A stretch of 64,000 nucleotides of DNA from Octopus vulgaris (GCA_951406725.2 OX597823.1:105462001-105526000); one strand, 5' to 3'; counted from the first letter of the stretch, positions 41,477-54,085 are shown. Translations and numbers: made by a program. The notes: generated from the letters alone by a model not told the origin.

Positions 41477-42712
41477 CTGTATATATATACATGTGTTTGT
41501 TTGTGTGTGTATCTATGTATCCCTCTCTCTTTCTCTCTCTCTCTCTCTGTATATATATATATATTTCCTGAGCGCCTATTAATAATAATACTGTAATTGT
41601 TCCATTGTTGTTGTTTTTTTGTTTCCCGTTTGGATTAAAATTATATATATATATATATATACAGAGAGAAAAAGAGAGAGAGAGAGAGAGAGTGTGTGTG
41701 TGTTTGTGTATTTAAGAGATGGGGATACGTTTAAGAGAAAATGTTTAGGAGACAGCAACGTGTTTTAAGAGATTGATGGTGTTTAAGAGAGCCAATCTAT
41801 GAGACAGAAAGAAGGGTGGTTAAGAAGGAGAGAGAGAATGAGAAAGAGAGTGAGAGAGAGAGAAGGAGAGGAGGGACGTGTGGATGGACAGGGATGAAGA
41901 TTAAGAGAGAGAGAAAGGTTCGTAAGAAAGTGTGTGTGTGTGTGTCTGTGTGTGTGGCTGTATGACAGAGAACAGGAGAGAGATATGGCAGAAAGAAAGA
42001 CAGTGAATGCATGAAAGAGAAAAGTGAATGCAAGTGTAAGAGAAAGGTATGTGTAAGGGGATGAAAGTCAGTGTTGAGTGTCAATTGCTTAGTGACCACT
42101 GGTCTTGTGTCCATTGATTGGCGATTATAGACCAGGGACCATTGTCAGGGGAGCATTGAGTGGGGTACATTGTCTGGAGTATTTTGTCTTGTCATCATTC
42201 ACTGGTGACCACTTCTCTTTAATGGTTTGTTCTGAAGGAGGCAGCTCTTGTCATGACCTCTGACACCAATGAATTCAACGCCGTCAATATTCTTCATGAA
42301 ACAGTTACAAGGTGACGGCTGTAAGCAAATACAGGTGGCGGGGCTGGAGCAGTGAAAGTGATGGGTTGTGGAAGTTAGAAATGAAAGCATGGTTAGTGCA
42401 GGGGATGCGGTTGGAGGTTTTGACATGTCTTGTGGTTGTATTAAAGTGACCCTGGGCTGATGATTCTAGCGACCATTGAGTAGTTGAAATAGGGAATTTC
42501 GACAGGTGTTTGAGGAGAAAACTAAGGGCTTTGCTGGTTGCGGAGATATTTTGGTATTTGCCATACGGTGAAAATTGATTTGCCTGCTGTGTAGGTGGAC
42601 ATAGACAGATGTATATTACGACTGAATAGTTATCATATACTGGCGTCTACAGGGTAGTGATAATTTAAAGAGTGACCAGCGATCATTCACTGCTGTCTAT
42701 AGTGTAGGGAGT

Positions 42713-43010
42713 GAAGGTAGGTAGCTTAGTGGTTAGGGTATTCGGCTCACGCTTGTAAGGTCGTGAGTTCGATTCTCGGCGGCACGTTGTGTCTTTGAGC
42801 AAGACTCTTTATTTCACATTGCTCAATCCACTCAGCTTGCGTGTATTTCAAAAAGTCAGCCTTGTCACTCTGTGTCACGCTGAAACTCCCGGAGAACTAC
42901 GTGAAGGGTACACATGTCGGTGAAGGGTTCAGGCACAAGCACATTCATTTCACGAGCCGGTGGTTTCGTTGATCAGATCAACTGGAACCCACGTTGTCGT
43001 AACCGACAGA
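42713..43010 (+). mobile_element. tRNA-derived SINE family C
   Basis: A-box TAGCTTAGTGG, B-box GAGTTCGATTC, followed by TTGTGTCTTTGAGCAAGAC SINE-body motif. Confidence 0.72.
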
Positions 43011-43112
43011 ATAATAGTATTATTATTGACCAGTAACTATTGCAGAGGGGACAATGATGGTCTATAATATTGTGACAGTAAACTACAAACTTGGTGTCTA
43101 TCGTTTATTGAA

Positions 43113-43343
43113 GGCGGCGAGCTGGCAGAAACGATAGCACGCCGGGCGAAATGCGTAGCCGTATTTCGTCTGCCGTTACGTTCTGAGTTCAAATTCCGCC
43201 GAGGTCAACTTTGCCTTTCATCTTTTCGGGGTCGATAGATAAAGTACCAGTTTCGCAGTAGGGTCGATGTAATCGACTTCATCCGTTTGTCTGTCCTTGT
43301 TTGTCCCCTCTATATTTAGCCCCTTGTGGGCAGTAAAGAAATA
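43113..43343 (+). mobile_element. SINE family A, full length with 13-bp TSD
   Basis: TSD TATCGTTTATTGA at 43099-43111 and 43344-43356. Confidence 0.92.
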
Positions 43344-43652
43344 TATCGTTTATTGATCATTCGCTGGTGTCCACAGTGCAGTAATCAAGGAATAGTGTCT
43401 GTAGTGAACGGACCGATGTATAAAGCAAAGAGACCATTGATTGGTGTCTGTTGCGTAGTGAACATTGACTAGAGTCTGTAGTGCAGGGATCATTGATAGT
43501 CTCTTCTGTTTATAGGGCAGCGACAATTGAGTGGCGCCTATCGAGTAACGATCATTGACTGTGTCTATAGTGTACGGATCATTGATGCTCTCTCGATAAT
43601 GTAGTAATAATTGGCAGGTGTCTGCGGTGTAGGGATCATCAATTGTCTATTG

Positions 43653-43963
43653 CAGAGATTTTCAACCGGGATCTATATGACCCCTTGTGGCCCGTATAAG
43701 ATCTCGGTTGGTCCTCACAAGCAAAATAATAAATTTAATCCTCAGTAGTAATTCAGATGTATTTATGGCAAGAAACAACAGGGTTTCTTTCTCTTGTGTT
43801 TACATACTTCAGCCTACTCAAGTGAATGCGTGGTAGACAGAATATGAATTTTGAAAGAAGCATCTATAAAACTAGTTTTTAAACATCGAATGGTTATGAA
43901 TGTCCACCAGAATAAAATTGTAATCAGGGGGGACTATAGATAATAAATGGCTGAGAACCACCG
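43653..43963. mobile_element. hAT-type MITE
   Basis: TIRs CAGAGATTTTCAACC / GGCTGAGAACCACCG; 8-bp TSD GTCTATTG / GTCTATGG. Confidence 0.7.
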
Positions 43964-44076
43964 GTCTATGGTGCAATGGTCATTTAGGGATCATTGATTG
44001 TCTATATGGCAGGGATCACTGACTAGTATGCATAGTGTAGTGATCATCGATCAATGTCTGCTATATAATTACCATT

Positions 44077-44268
44077 GGCGGCGAGTTGGCAGAAACGTTA
44101 GCACGTTCTGAGTTCAAATTCCGCCGAGGTCGACTTTGCCTTTCATCTTTTCGGGGTCGATAAATAAAGTACCAGTTATGCACTGGGGTCGATATAATCG
44201 ACTCAATACCTTTGTCTGTCCTTGTTTGTCCCCTCTATGTTTAGCCCCTTGTGGGCAATAAAGAAATA
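44077..44268 (+). mobile_element. SINE family A with ~40-bp internal deletion
   Basis: GTTAGCACG joins directly to TTCTGAGTTC; ACG microhomology at the junction. Confidence 0.88.
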
Positions 44269-44690
44269 TAGATAATCGTCATTGACGTTGATAGTATTGA
44301 ACTTGTTCCATTCTGATTTAGCCCCAATGATGAACTCTGAATCCAAGACATAGTATGTGTGACAGCAATGCATTGAGAGAACTAATGTTTTTGTATTGGG
44401 CAGCCCACCCGAAACTACTAATGATTTAGTGTTTTACCGTAGTTTTGTTAGCTGGAGGTGATTGTAGTGATGGTAATGGTAATAATAGTAAGTGTAGTGA
44501 CTGCCGTGGCAGGGATTCAGTTAATTGGATGCCGCTGCCCAGAAACTGTCGATTTGCCACTGCTGGCTGGATGCTCAACCTGATTTGTTCCACACTATGT
44601 AATGGGACTAGAGACAAACACAGAAGAATACATGCGCAGAAATATTCGCATATAGACCGAATGAGAGACCGAGAGATATTACAATTTATT

Positions 44691-44837
44691 AAAGAGAGAC
44701 GTGCTCGTAAAGAGAGACGTGCTCACACACGTAAAGAGAGACGTGCTCACACACGTAAAGAGAGACGTGCTCGTAAAGAGAGACGTGCTCACACACGTAA
44801 AGAGAGACGTGCTCGTAAAGAGAGACGTGCTCACACA
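44691..44837. repeat. Minisatellite AAAGAGAGACGTGCTC(ACACAC)GT, 18/24-bp units
   Basis: Seven units of two lengths, otherwise perfect. Confidence 0.93.
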
Positions 44838-45077
44838 TATAAAGTGAGAAACAGAGTGTGAGAAAGAGAAAGAAGGGCGAAGGAAAGTGTGTGAGTGAGA
44901 GAGGGTGGAAGTGATCAAGAGATCATCACAACAATAGAAACATTAAAGCGTCTGGTGTCAGATAAATCAGCGAAGTCAAATAGGCGGCGCCAAAACGCCT
45001 CATACCCACCATAATAGAGATGTAGAAAAGGAAAGATCCAAAGATTTTCTGGAGAAATCTCTTGGTGCCTCTCAGTT

Positions 45078-45303
45078 CTTTACTACCCACAAGGGCCTAC
45101 ACACGGAGGGGACAAACAAGGACAGACAAACAGATTAAGTCGATTATATCGACCCCAGTGCGTAACTGGTACTTACTTAATCGACCCCCGAAAGGATGAA
45201 AGGCAAAGTTGACCTCGGCGGAATTTGAACTCAGAACGTAGCGGCAGACGAAATACCGCTAAGCATTTCGCCCGGCGTCCTAACGATTCTGCCAGCTCAC
45301 CGA
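45078..45303 (-). mobile_element. SINE family A
   Basis: Reverse complement of the 397-626 family. Confidence 0.9.
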
Positions 45304-45929
45304 CTTGTATTTTATGATACTCTCTAATTGCTTGGATTGGTAACATACTATTCTTCAGTTTGTCACCTCCTACAAGACCGAAGAAAGGAATGCCTTCGGG
45401 GCAGGCATGGCTGTGTGGTAGCAAGTTTGCTCCCCAACCACATCGGTCCAGGTTCAGACCCCATGCTGGGGCACCACCTGGAAGAATTTTTGTCGAGCAG
45501 AGACAAATACACACACGTGTATGTATATACGACGGACATCTTTCAGTTACCGTCTACCGAACCCACTCACAAGGCTTTTATCGGCCCGAGGCAACAGTAG
45601 AAAATACTTGCCCAAGATGCCACGCACTGGGAGTGAACTGAGAACCAATTTCATGAATCCAGGGAAATAAAAGAGGTAATGTATTGAGTGATTTAATAAA
45701 ATTTACTATTTGGATGGAAATAAGAATGGAAACTCTAAGCGATTACTGTTAGAGGCTTTCAAAATTAATAAATAAATAATTAAATGAATAAATAAATAAA
45801 TGAATAAATAAATAAAAAAGAAAATAGGGGGAAACTAATAGGAGATCATTTTAAGCCAAAAAGAATTAATCTTCGGAAGATAATTTGTATGCTTTGATGA
45901 ACATTTTCTTTTCAAGCCAAGATGAACAA

Positions 45930-45973
45930 CTAGCGATACGTTTCAGCCCTCTTGGGCATCATCAGTGTAATAG
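45930..45973 (-). ncRNA. Minimal hammerhead core, stem I degenerate
   Basis: CUGAUGA-U-GCCC-AAGA-GGGC-U-GAAA-CG-UA; stem I poorly paired. Confidence 0.5.
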
Positions 45974-46004
45974 AGTCTGCTGAAACCGGCTTAGATCACT
46001 ACTG

Positions 46005-46062
<58 letters not shown>

Positions 46063-46079
46063 AGCTGCTGCTGCTGTTG

Positions 46080-46120
<41 letters not shown>

Positions 46121-46134
46121 GATGCTGCTGCTGG

Positions 46135-46169
<35 letters not shown>

Positions 46170-47294
46170 TACTACTACTACTACTACTACTAGCAACAGT
46201 AGTAGTTGTAGAAGTGGTAGTAAAGGGTAGTAGTAGTAGCAGTAGTATAGTAGTAGTAGTAATTGTCGTCATCGTCGTTGTCGTAGTAGTAGTGCGGTAG
46301 TCGTACAAGATGTATATATATTTTGAAACTGTTGTTAAGCTCCGAGACAGCCCCGGCCGAGCAAACTGTGACCATCCCGTACGACATGTCCTCTCTAAGA
46401 TGGTAAAGTGATATCTGAGAAAGATTTAGCTGCTATTTCTAGCTGAGAGAGATACCACAGTAACTCAAAGAACGATTAATGTTGAATAGAGGTGGACAGA
46501 AGTGGATAGAGGTGGGCAGAGATGGTTAGAGGTGACCAGAGGTGGCCAAAGGGTCGCAACGGTCTTCTGTTACACATTGGCAATACTGACTGACCGCAGC
46601 AATCAGACCTTCCTGCAAGTCTGGCTCACACAATCAATAGAAACTCTGTGTATGTGTGTGTGTGTGCACGTGTGTGCGTGCGTATGGGTTGGTGTGTCTG
46701 CCTGTTGTGTGTGTGTGTGTGTGAAAGAGAGAGAGAGAGTGTGAGGGAGAGAGAAAGAAAGCGAAAGAGGGAGAGAGAGAGTGGGGGAAAACGAGAGAGG
46801 TTGCATGACAGGATGTTGTGGCGAAGAGAGGATGTGATAAGGAGCAAGAGTGGATGAGGATAGAATTGGGAAAGAAAGGATTGAGGAGAGGGAAGAGGAA
46901 GAGGTGTGAATGAGTGAATGAGTGAATGAATGAATGAATGAATGAGTGAAGAAGCTGATTGTGCTGAAGGACAATTGGTTAGATTGGTTGGAGATATTGG
47001 GAAATCTACAATGCACACACATACACACACACACATACACACATACGCGCACACATGCACACAAACGCACACACATACACACACAGTCACATACACGTAC
47101 ACACACACTCACACACACACACTCACGTACACACTCATACACGCACACACGTACAAACACTAAGACATACACACGCGTACTTACTCAGACACGCACACAC
47201 GTAACACCCACTCACACACATGTACACATTTACACACATACATATATACACACACACATACACATACACGCACGCTCTCTTTCACATACGCATC

Positions 47295-47325
<31 letters not shown>

Positions 47326-47384
47326 AGAGAAACACACACAGACACAGTATCACTCATACATACCTGCATGTATGTATATTCTCT

Positions 47385-47855
47385 TCTTTTATTCTTTTAT
47401 TTGTTTCAGTCATTTGACTGAGACCATGCTGGAGCACTGCCTTTAGTCGAGCAAATCGACCCCAGGACTCATTCTTTGTAAGCCTAGTACTTACTCTATT
47501 GGAAACTTTTGCCGAACGGCTTGGTTACGAGGACGTAAACACACCAGCATCGGTTGTCAAGCGATGTTGAGGGGACAAATGCAGACACACAAACACACAA
47601 ACACACAAACACATACATACATACATACATACATACATACATACATACATACATACATACATACATACATACATACATACATGCATGCATATATAAATAC
47701 GGCGGGCTTCCTTCAGTTTCCGTCTACCAAATCCACTCACAAGGCTTTGGTCGGCTCGGGGCAATTGTAGAGGACACTTGCCCAAGGTGCCACGAAGTGG
47801 GACTGAACCCGGAACCATGTGGTTGGTAAGCAAGCTACTTAGAACACAGCCACTC
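47385..47855 (-). mobile_element. SINE family B with internal (CATA)n
   Basis: Reverse complement of the family B head and tail. Confidence 0.9.
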
Positions 47856-48196
47856 CATATATATATTCGTATGCATACGCAGACTAATGGGAGATAGATA
47901 GATAGATAGATAGGTAGGTAGGTAGATAGATAGATAGATAGATATAGATAGATAGGTAGGTAGGTAGGTAGGTAGGTAGGTAGGTAGAGAGGGAAAGAGG
48001 AGAAACCATACAGAAACAAATATAGAAAGTCAGCTGAGAAAAGCTGAAGAAGAAGAAGGAGGAGGAGGAGGAGGAGAAGTATAGTAAAAGGAAGGAGGAT
48101 GAGGTGAAGGAAGCGATGACGATGATGGTGATGATGAAACGACAGTTCAAAAGCTTGTTTCTTTTCTTTTGTTTTCTTTCCCTCTCGTTGTGTTGT

Positions 48197-48318
<122 letters not shown>

Positions 48319-48609
48319 ACGAGCGTGGTCGTCTGTGTACGTGTGTATAAGTCCAACGTATATATCTGTGGAGATAATTGGTCGAAGCTGTCGGTCATGC
48401 CAGGCCATGTTATGTACTGAACCTTAGACCAACGTCCAGGGTGGAGGGTGAAGTTGAAACCGTCATTGTGCTTACCACTGACCTTTACGGCAGGCAATAA
48501 AACATTTGCCCGCTAGGGGTCAGCACAATCCTCAGCTATGACCTCTTCTATGGATTGTTCTCACCGAAGAGCAATGATGGTTTCCGATGTTACGCTTAAC
48601 GATGAAATC

Positions 48610-48677
<68 letters not shown>

Positions 48678-48690
48678 GTCTATCTATCTA

Positions 48691-48749
<59 letters not shown>

Positions 48750-48933
48750 TTCTTTCTTTCTTTTCTTCTTTCTTTCTACATGGGGGTGGACAGAATAAGG
48801 GAAAGCACTTTTTACTGTCCAAGTCTGTATGTATGTATGTATGTATGTATGTATGTATGTATGTATGTATGTATGTATGTATGTATGTGTGTGTATGTGT
48901 GTGTGTATGTATGTATGTGTGTGTGTATGTATG

Positions 48934-48977
<44 letters not shown>

Positions 48978-48982
<5 letters not shown>

Positions 48983-49458
48983 ATTACTTTATATAGTAAG
49001 GCTTCAACAAATAAATTTACTTTACCACACACCGAACTTTTAGAAATAGCAGCCAAAGAATTTAGCTATTTCCTCTACTATAAGACAATGTATACTCAAA
49101 AACAATTCACGTGGGCATAGAGGGGAAAATAACGAAAGATCACTCGTAAATCGATTACTTGAGAACGCGTTTCTGGGTTAGTTAGATATAGAGATGCTAG
49201 AAATACATTATGAGTGATCTTTCGTTATTTTTCCCTCTATGCCCACGTGAATTGTTTTTGAGTATACATTGTCTGGGAGACTCTTCTTATAGTAGAGGAA
49301 ATAGCTAAATTCGTTGGCTGCTATTTCTAAAAGTTCGGTGTGTGGTAAAGTAAATTTTTTTGCTGAACCCTAATTATATAAAGTAATGTTTAAATATACC
49401 GTAAATGGTCCTTTTACATACTGAACACTAATTAATTAATTTTACCCTTATTTTTATT

Positions 49459-49460
<2 letters not shown>
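48978..49460. mobile_element. (TA)n-flanked foldback element, arms 48978-49145 and 49212-49392, half-hammerhead in loop
   Basis: About 165-bp near-perfect inverted arms; loop minus strand has GAAA-CGCG-UU; right terminus TTTTACCCTTATT. Confidence 0.85.
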
Positions 49461-49510
<50 letters not shown>

Positions 49511-49777
49511 ATGGTATTATTAAAATACCATCACAAGTGGTAAGCGAATTATTAGCCGTACAGACAAATTAATAACATATATACATACAATATTAGATAT
49601 GTACATATATACACAAGGGTACTACATGAGTACCTATATCGCTAATGATAGAAGTCAAAAAATACTTCTGCACCAACGAAAAGTCACAAATCTGTTACAG
49701 ACAAGATAGGAAAAAATATCAGTGAACAATTATAATGTTCTTACCTCGAATGGGTCAGAACAAGTAAATGCTGGTCA

Positions 49778-49838
49778 ACTCGGTACCGGTTTCGAAATTT
49801 AGCGCCACCTAGACGCGTGATTTCTCATCAGCCAAAGT
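49778..49838 (-). ncRNA. Canonical type I hammerhead ribozyme motif
   Basis: ACUUUGG-CUGAUGA-GAAAU...(GCGUC/GGCGC)...AUUUC-GAAA-CCGG-UA-CCGAGU; G10.1-C11.1 pair, palindromic ACCGGU, GUA triplet; unit 49503-49983 bounded by 29-bp direct repeat. Confidence 0.85.
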
Positions 49839-49984
49839 CCGCCAGCTATATAACTACTAACATTCTCCCCCATCATGCCTGCGAAAGTTTGTTTGAAGTG
49901 AAGTGAACAAGCACCGTACGAACAAACGAAATGCGTAAAATTATTTATAAATAAATATAGGGATGGTATTATTAAAATACCATT

Positions 49985-50031
<47 letters not shown>

Positions 50032-50153
50032 CAACAATAAAGGAACGGCCATAATAGGCCATTCACCCACTAGAAATAACAGCCAAAGCTTCAACCGCAA
50101 ATAAAAGTTAATTCAGTAAACCAGGAGAAAATTTAAAAAACATTTACCCTGTA

Positions 50154-50260
50154 ATTTCTTATACGATATACCGTTTCATCTGCTGATTAATGGTAAACTA
50201 ACCTGATTAAATTAAATCAAGCCAATCTTCCACAGGCCCTCAGATTCTTCAGTAAGAAAT
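50154..50260 (-). ncRNA. Type I hammerhead ribozyme motif with long stem II
   Basis: Perfect 8-bp stem I AUUUCUUA/UAAGAAAU, CUGAAGA, stem II AUCUG/CAGAU, GAAA, stem III ACGG-UAUA-UCGU, GUA triplet; unit has 21-bp inverted repeat at 50030-50050 and 50326-50346. Confidence 0.85.
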
Positions 50261-50444
50261 AGCCCAAGACGGAACAGATATTTTCACGAGGCATTTCCGA
50301 CGTTGCCAAGTTTATATTTGACCTAGGCCGTTCCTTTATTGTTGATGTTGAACTTAAAAATGGTCTATGACTATTTTAATTTTTTCCTACTAGGCCGCTG
50401 GTGGCAAAAGAATTCTACAAAATTTTTTTGCCACCCTATATTGA

Positions 50445-50485
<41 letters not shown>

Positions 50486-50753
50486 ATTAAAGTCATAATA
50501 AGGGTGAAAATAATTGAATATTAATTAATAACATCAATCCAAAACACCAAGTGGCCTAGCGTATAAAAAGACTGGGATACAGTAAAAATTATTAATACAA
50601 ATAATAAGAGAGAGTCCACCATGTGGTCACTCTAACGCTAGATATAGATCCGCAAAGGGAATCCGCCTCTAAAGAATTGTTCTCAAGAATTAATTCAACA
50701 CGCCAAGAATCTAAGCGAGCAGGACAAATGAAAAATAACGAAAAAATAGATTA

Positions 50754-50829
50754 ACTCTATACACTTGTTTCATCGTTTATAGATTATGTAGTTTTACTTA
50801 CATAAGTATTTTCGAATCGTCAGTAGAAT
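50754..50829 (-). ncRNA. Type I hammerhead ribozyme motif
   Basis: AUUCUA-CUGACGA-UUCG...CGAU-GAAA-CAAGUG-UA-UAGAGU; lies between ~100-bp inverted arms 50595-50694 and 50917-51014. Confidence 0.75.
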
Positions 50830-51010
50830 ATATCAGAAATATAATTTGCTGAACCGAACGGCAAAATTCACACGAAGCCGAACAAAGACGAACGGTACAG
50901 CCAATTATATTCGCAGTTAATTCTTGAGAACAATTCTTTAGTGCCGGATTCCCTTTGCGCATCTATATCTAGCGTCAGAGTGACCACATGATGGACTCTC
51001 TCTTATTATT

Positions 51011-51045
<35 letters not shown>

Positions 51046-51046
51046 G

Positions 51047-51260
51047 TTAGAGACTAACTTAGATAACTCAAATTAGTTTCGGCCATTATCGGCCCAGGCC
51101 ATGACTGACTCCACCTGGAAAAGACTTGTAGTTAATTATTTCGCGACACCATGGACCACTCCAGCAAAGAGGTGTTGTTGGTTGAGACGTATCCAGGTGT
51201 AGGTGGTTTATCCGGTATTTCCTGGAGGAATTTGTCCAGGTATCGTTTGAAACAAGGACA
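51047..51260 (-). mobile_element. CR1-type LINE 3' end (second subfamily)
   Basis: Minus strand FKRYLDKFLQEIPDKPPTPGYVSTNNTSLLEW; tail CATGGCCTG-GGCCGATAATGGCC-GAAAC. Confidence 0.8.
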
Positions 51261-51471
51261 GGAATTTTTTCAAAGGGGTGTGTAAAACATCCAGTTAATT
51301 GGTACGTCAATTGAATACCACATAAATAGGGGAATAATGCAAATTACGAACCATAAGCTAGATAGAGAGATTCAATTGACAATGTAATAATTTATTTATA
51401 TTATAATATAATATGCCATGAATATGATATTAGATAACATAAAAAATTATTAAAATTATTAAAAAACCAAA

Positions 51472-51547
51472 GAAGCCAATAATTTGTTTCGACTAATGTG
51501 ATTTAAAAACAATTCACATCCGTTTATATAAGTTTCTTCAGAGCTTC
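51472..51547 (-). ncRNA. Degenerate type I hammerhead motif
   Basis: GAAGCU-CUGAAGA-AACU...AGUC-GAAA-CAAAUUA-UU-GGCUUC; stem I intact, mismatches at 10.1-11.1 and in stem III. Confidence 0.6.
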
Positions 51548-51952
51548 GGTTTAAAAAAACAGACGAAATTCCGAGTGAAAGGACGGCTGCATTGTAAAAA
51601 ATTAATTCAAATGCCCATGTTTAGAAGCGTGACTGTTAGCTTTTCAAATACAAAACAATTACCAAGAAACACACACTCACAAAAAAAACCCAGCAAAATT
51701 ATCACAGACAAAATAATTCAGTAAATAGAATCTACAGATATCGAAATATATTTCTATATACCTCAAATAATATTAATCCAAATTTGTTTAGGCCGAAGAG
51801 AATCTTTGGCTATTTTAATAACATACAACAAAATATATAAGTATATAAATTAAGTATCAGGGTCTTACTTAATCTAGAGACGGGAATGAAATGTGTAAAT
51901 AAATATAAATGATAATATGGTATTATATTGGCAATATATAACAACTCTTCTC

Positions 51953-52370
51953 GGATCTTTTTGGTTTGAACGGCAGTTTTTCCTAGCGGTGTCATATGAA
52001 ATTGTCACCCATAATTATGACCCTAGTATCGATCTATTGCATTTCAATCTGTTTTAGGGTTAGGGTTAGGGGTGGGGGAAGGGTATCTTTTTTTCTTCAC
52101 AAATGTAAATAAACCCAATCTATTTCTTAAACGAGGGATATATTCATACGGTACAGAATGCTTTTTACCTCAATAGACGTAATTGATTGGTTGAAATTGC
52201 AGAAATTGAAGAAAAAAAGCACAACAAATATCTTACAAACCATAGAATTTTCTCAATAAAACCAAGAGAAAAAGATGTTTTATAAACACATTCTACCAGT
52301 ATACGAAGTTTAAAATTTTTTAGTTACCTAGAAATTATGTTAAAAACTGCCTTTCAAACCGAAAAGATCC
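51953..52370. mobile_element. MITE with 29-bp TIRs and 8-bp TSD (Merlin-like), internal TTAGGG repeats
   Basis: GGATCTTTTTGGTTTGAACGGCAGTTTTT / AAAAACTGCCTTTCAAACCGAAAAGATCC; TSD CTCTTCTC at 51945-51952 and 52371-52378. Confidence 0.88.
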
Positions 52371-53349
52371 CTCTTCTCTGTTATTTAAAGCTATTGATAT
52401 TAAAAAAAAATTGTTTAAAGTAGCTAACATAAAAATGTTCTTTATTTACGAAGTTTAAAGGCCCGGTGACTTCTGCGGTCAAGGCTTTGGTAAACCAGTG
52501 GAACGCTGGCAAGAATTCATGAACAATGAAAGAGAATATATTATCGACTCATTTGCTAAAACTGTTGACAAAATATAACGATTAAAATAAATAGAAAGAA
52601 AAAAAAACGAACGAATTTATCTGACACACACACACGCACACACACACACACACACGTACACACATTTATACATATATACACACGGCTTTTTAATGCATGC
52701 GTTATTCCACTCATCGTTCTAAACATATGACGACCTAAACATATAACAAATTTAAGCACGTGATGCTCTGTACCTGTGACGTAGTCTAAAAGCGTTCATT
52801 AACTTCCTCTTCCACCTGTTGATTCTGATTCATAATAAAAAAATTGAAATGTTTCATGTCATTTTTTTTTCATAACAATCAATCTTTTTTCATCTTTTAT
52901 CTTGGCGCTTTCGCACCTGTCCATCTCTTTACATTTCTGCTCGGTTGTCGTTTCAGAAATAACACCGTTGCTAACATTTATTTTATTTTATTTTGCCTTC
53001 AGATGTTCTGTTTGATGAGGTAGATGGATAAGATGTGATATACTCCTAAAACATCCTTCATTAATTTAAGACATCATCATTGAAGCTAATGATGTTTTTA
53101 GTGGCTTAGCCAGTCATATAAGATTTGCCGCCCCCACCACCACTCTTCACCGCCAGACAGATAACTTAGCAGGAGTATTACTGATTCCCTGAATCTTTAT
53201 AGTAAGATTAAACAAGAGACCGCTTTAGCAATTTCTCAAAGCCAGACTTTGTTAGAAATGAGACAATCGATTAAAACGAATCCGGTATGTGACTGATTAC
53301 TATGTTGACATCGCTCTGTCTGCCTGTCTATCTGTCTATCTCTGTTTGC

Positions 53350-53380
<31 letters not shown>

Positions 53381-54085
53381 CGGAAGATTGAAAGATAAAT
53401 TCAACAAGATTGAATTTGAACGTAGAAGGTGGATGGGTGAAGCTAAAATCTAAAAAAACATACACGCTGTTGCTTTAACGACAATCTCTTGTTATTTAAA
53501 AACAATTTGTATATCCGAAAAACTGGATAGTTTTAACAGTTTTCTAGGCAGTCAACGTGTAACAAATTCGTTGTACGGTAGTATGATTTAAATGTTTAAA
53601 ACCTCATATGACCGAATGAATTCAAACTGTAGTCAGCCAGTCCTTTTATCCTCTTCAGAACAATATTATACAATATGCATTTTCATTAAAGCAGAAACAA
53701 TAAATTATGGAAGTAATACTCATGCCACAACACAGCACTGAGAGAGCGAGTTCGCTTCAAACGTCGACAGTGGCAACACCTTGATTAAAGCAGCAGGGAT
53801 ACATATTTAACGTGAATGAAATCTGGATTCAAATGAACAAGCAAGATGCAAATGAAAACCATGTTGCGATATATCCATGCAGCAGAAACATATGTCAGAC
53901 AGAGGTTTAAATTAGATATGTTGTATAAGTGGCTGCAATAATTATAAAAAGTGCGAAGATGTACTATTCTCTTTCTATATTTGAATTGTCTTGGGTATAA
54001 ACTGTTTATAATCCAACGAAGCGAACTCAGGATTTACCCATCGGGTGAAATACATTGGGATTCAGTTCTATATTCCAGGCAGTGA

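Larger units (their letters stand above)
42080..44290. repeat. Degenerate ~26-30-bp minisatellite (consensus about GTCTATAGTGTAGGGATCATTGACTG) interrupted by TEs
   Basis: Recurrent GTCTATAGTG / GGGATCATTGA units, densest at 43350-43650 and 43964-44075. Confidence 0.65.

Noticed and set aside
42713-42790. tRNA gene
   Set aside because: Has A and B boxes but no proper acceptor stem, and continues into a SINE body
44691-44837. CRISPR-like regular repeat
   Set aside because: No unique spacers, eukaryotic context, no cas genes; it is a minisatellite
53880-53905. GAAACAUAUGUC hammerhead half-site
   Set aside because: No upstream CUGANGA with a matching stem I was found
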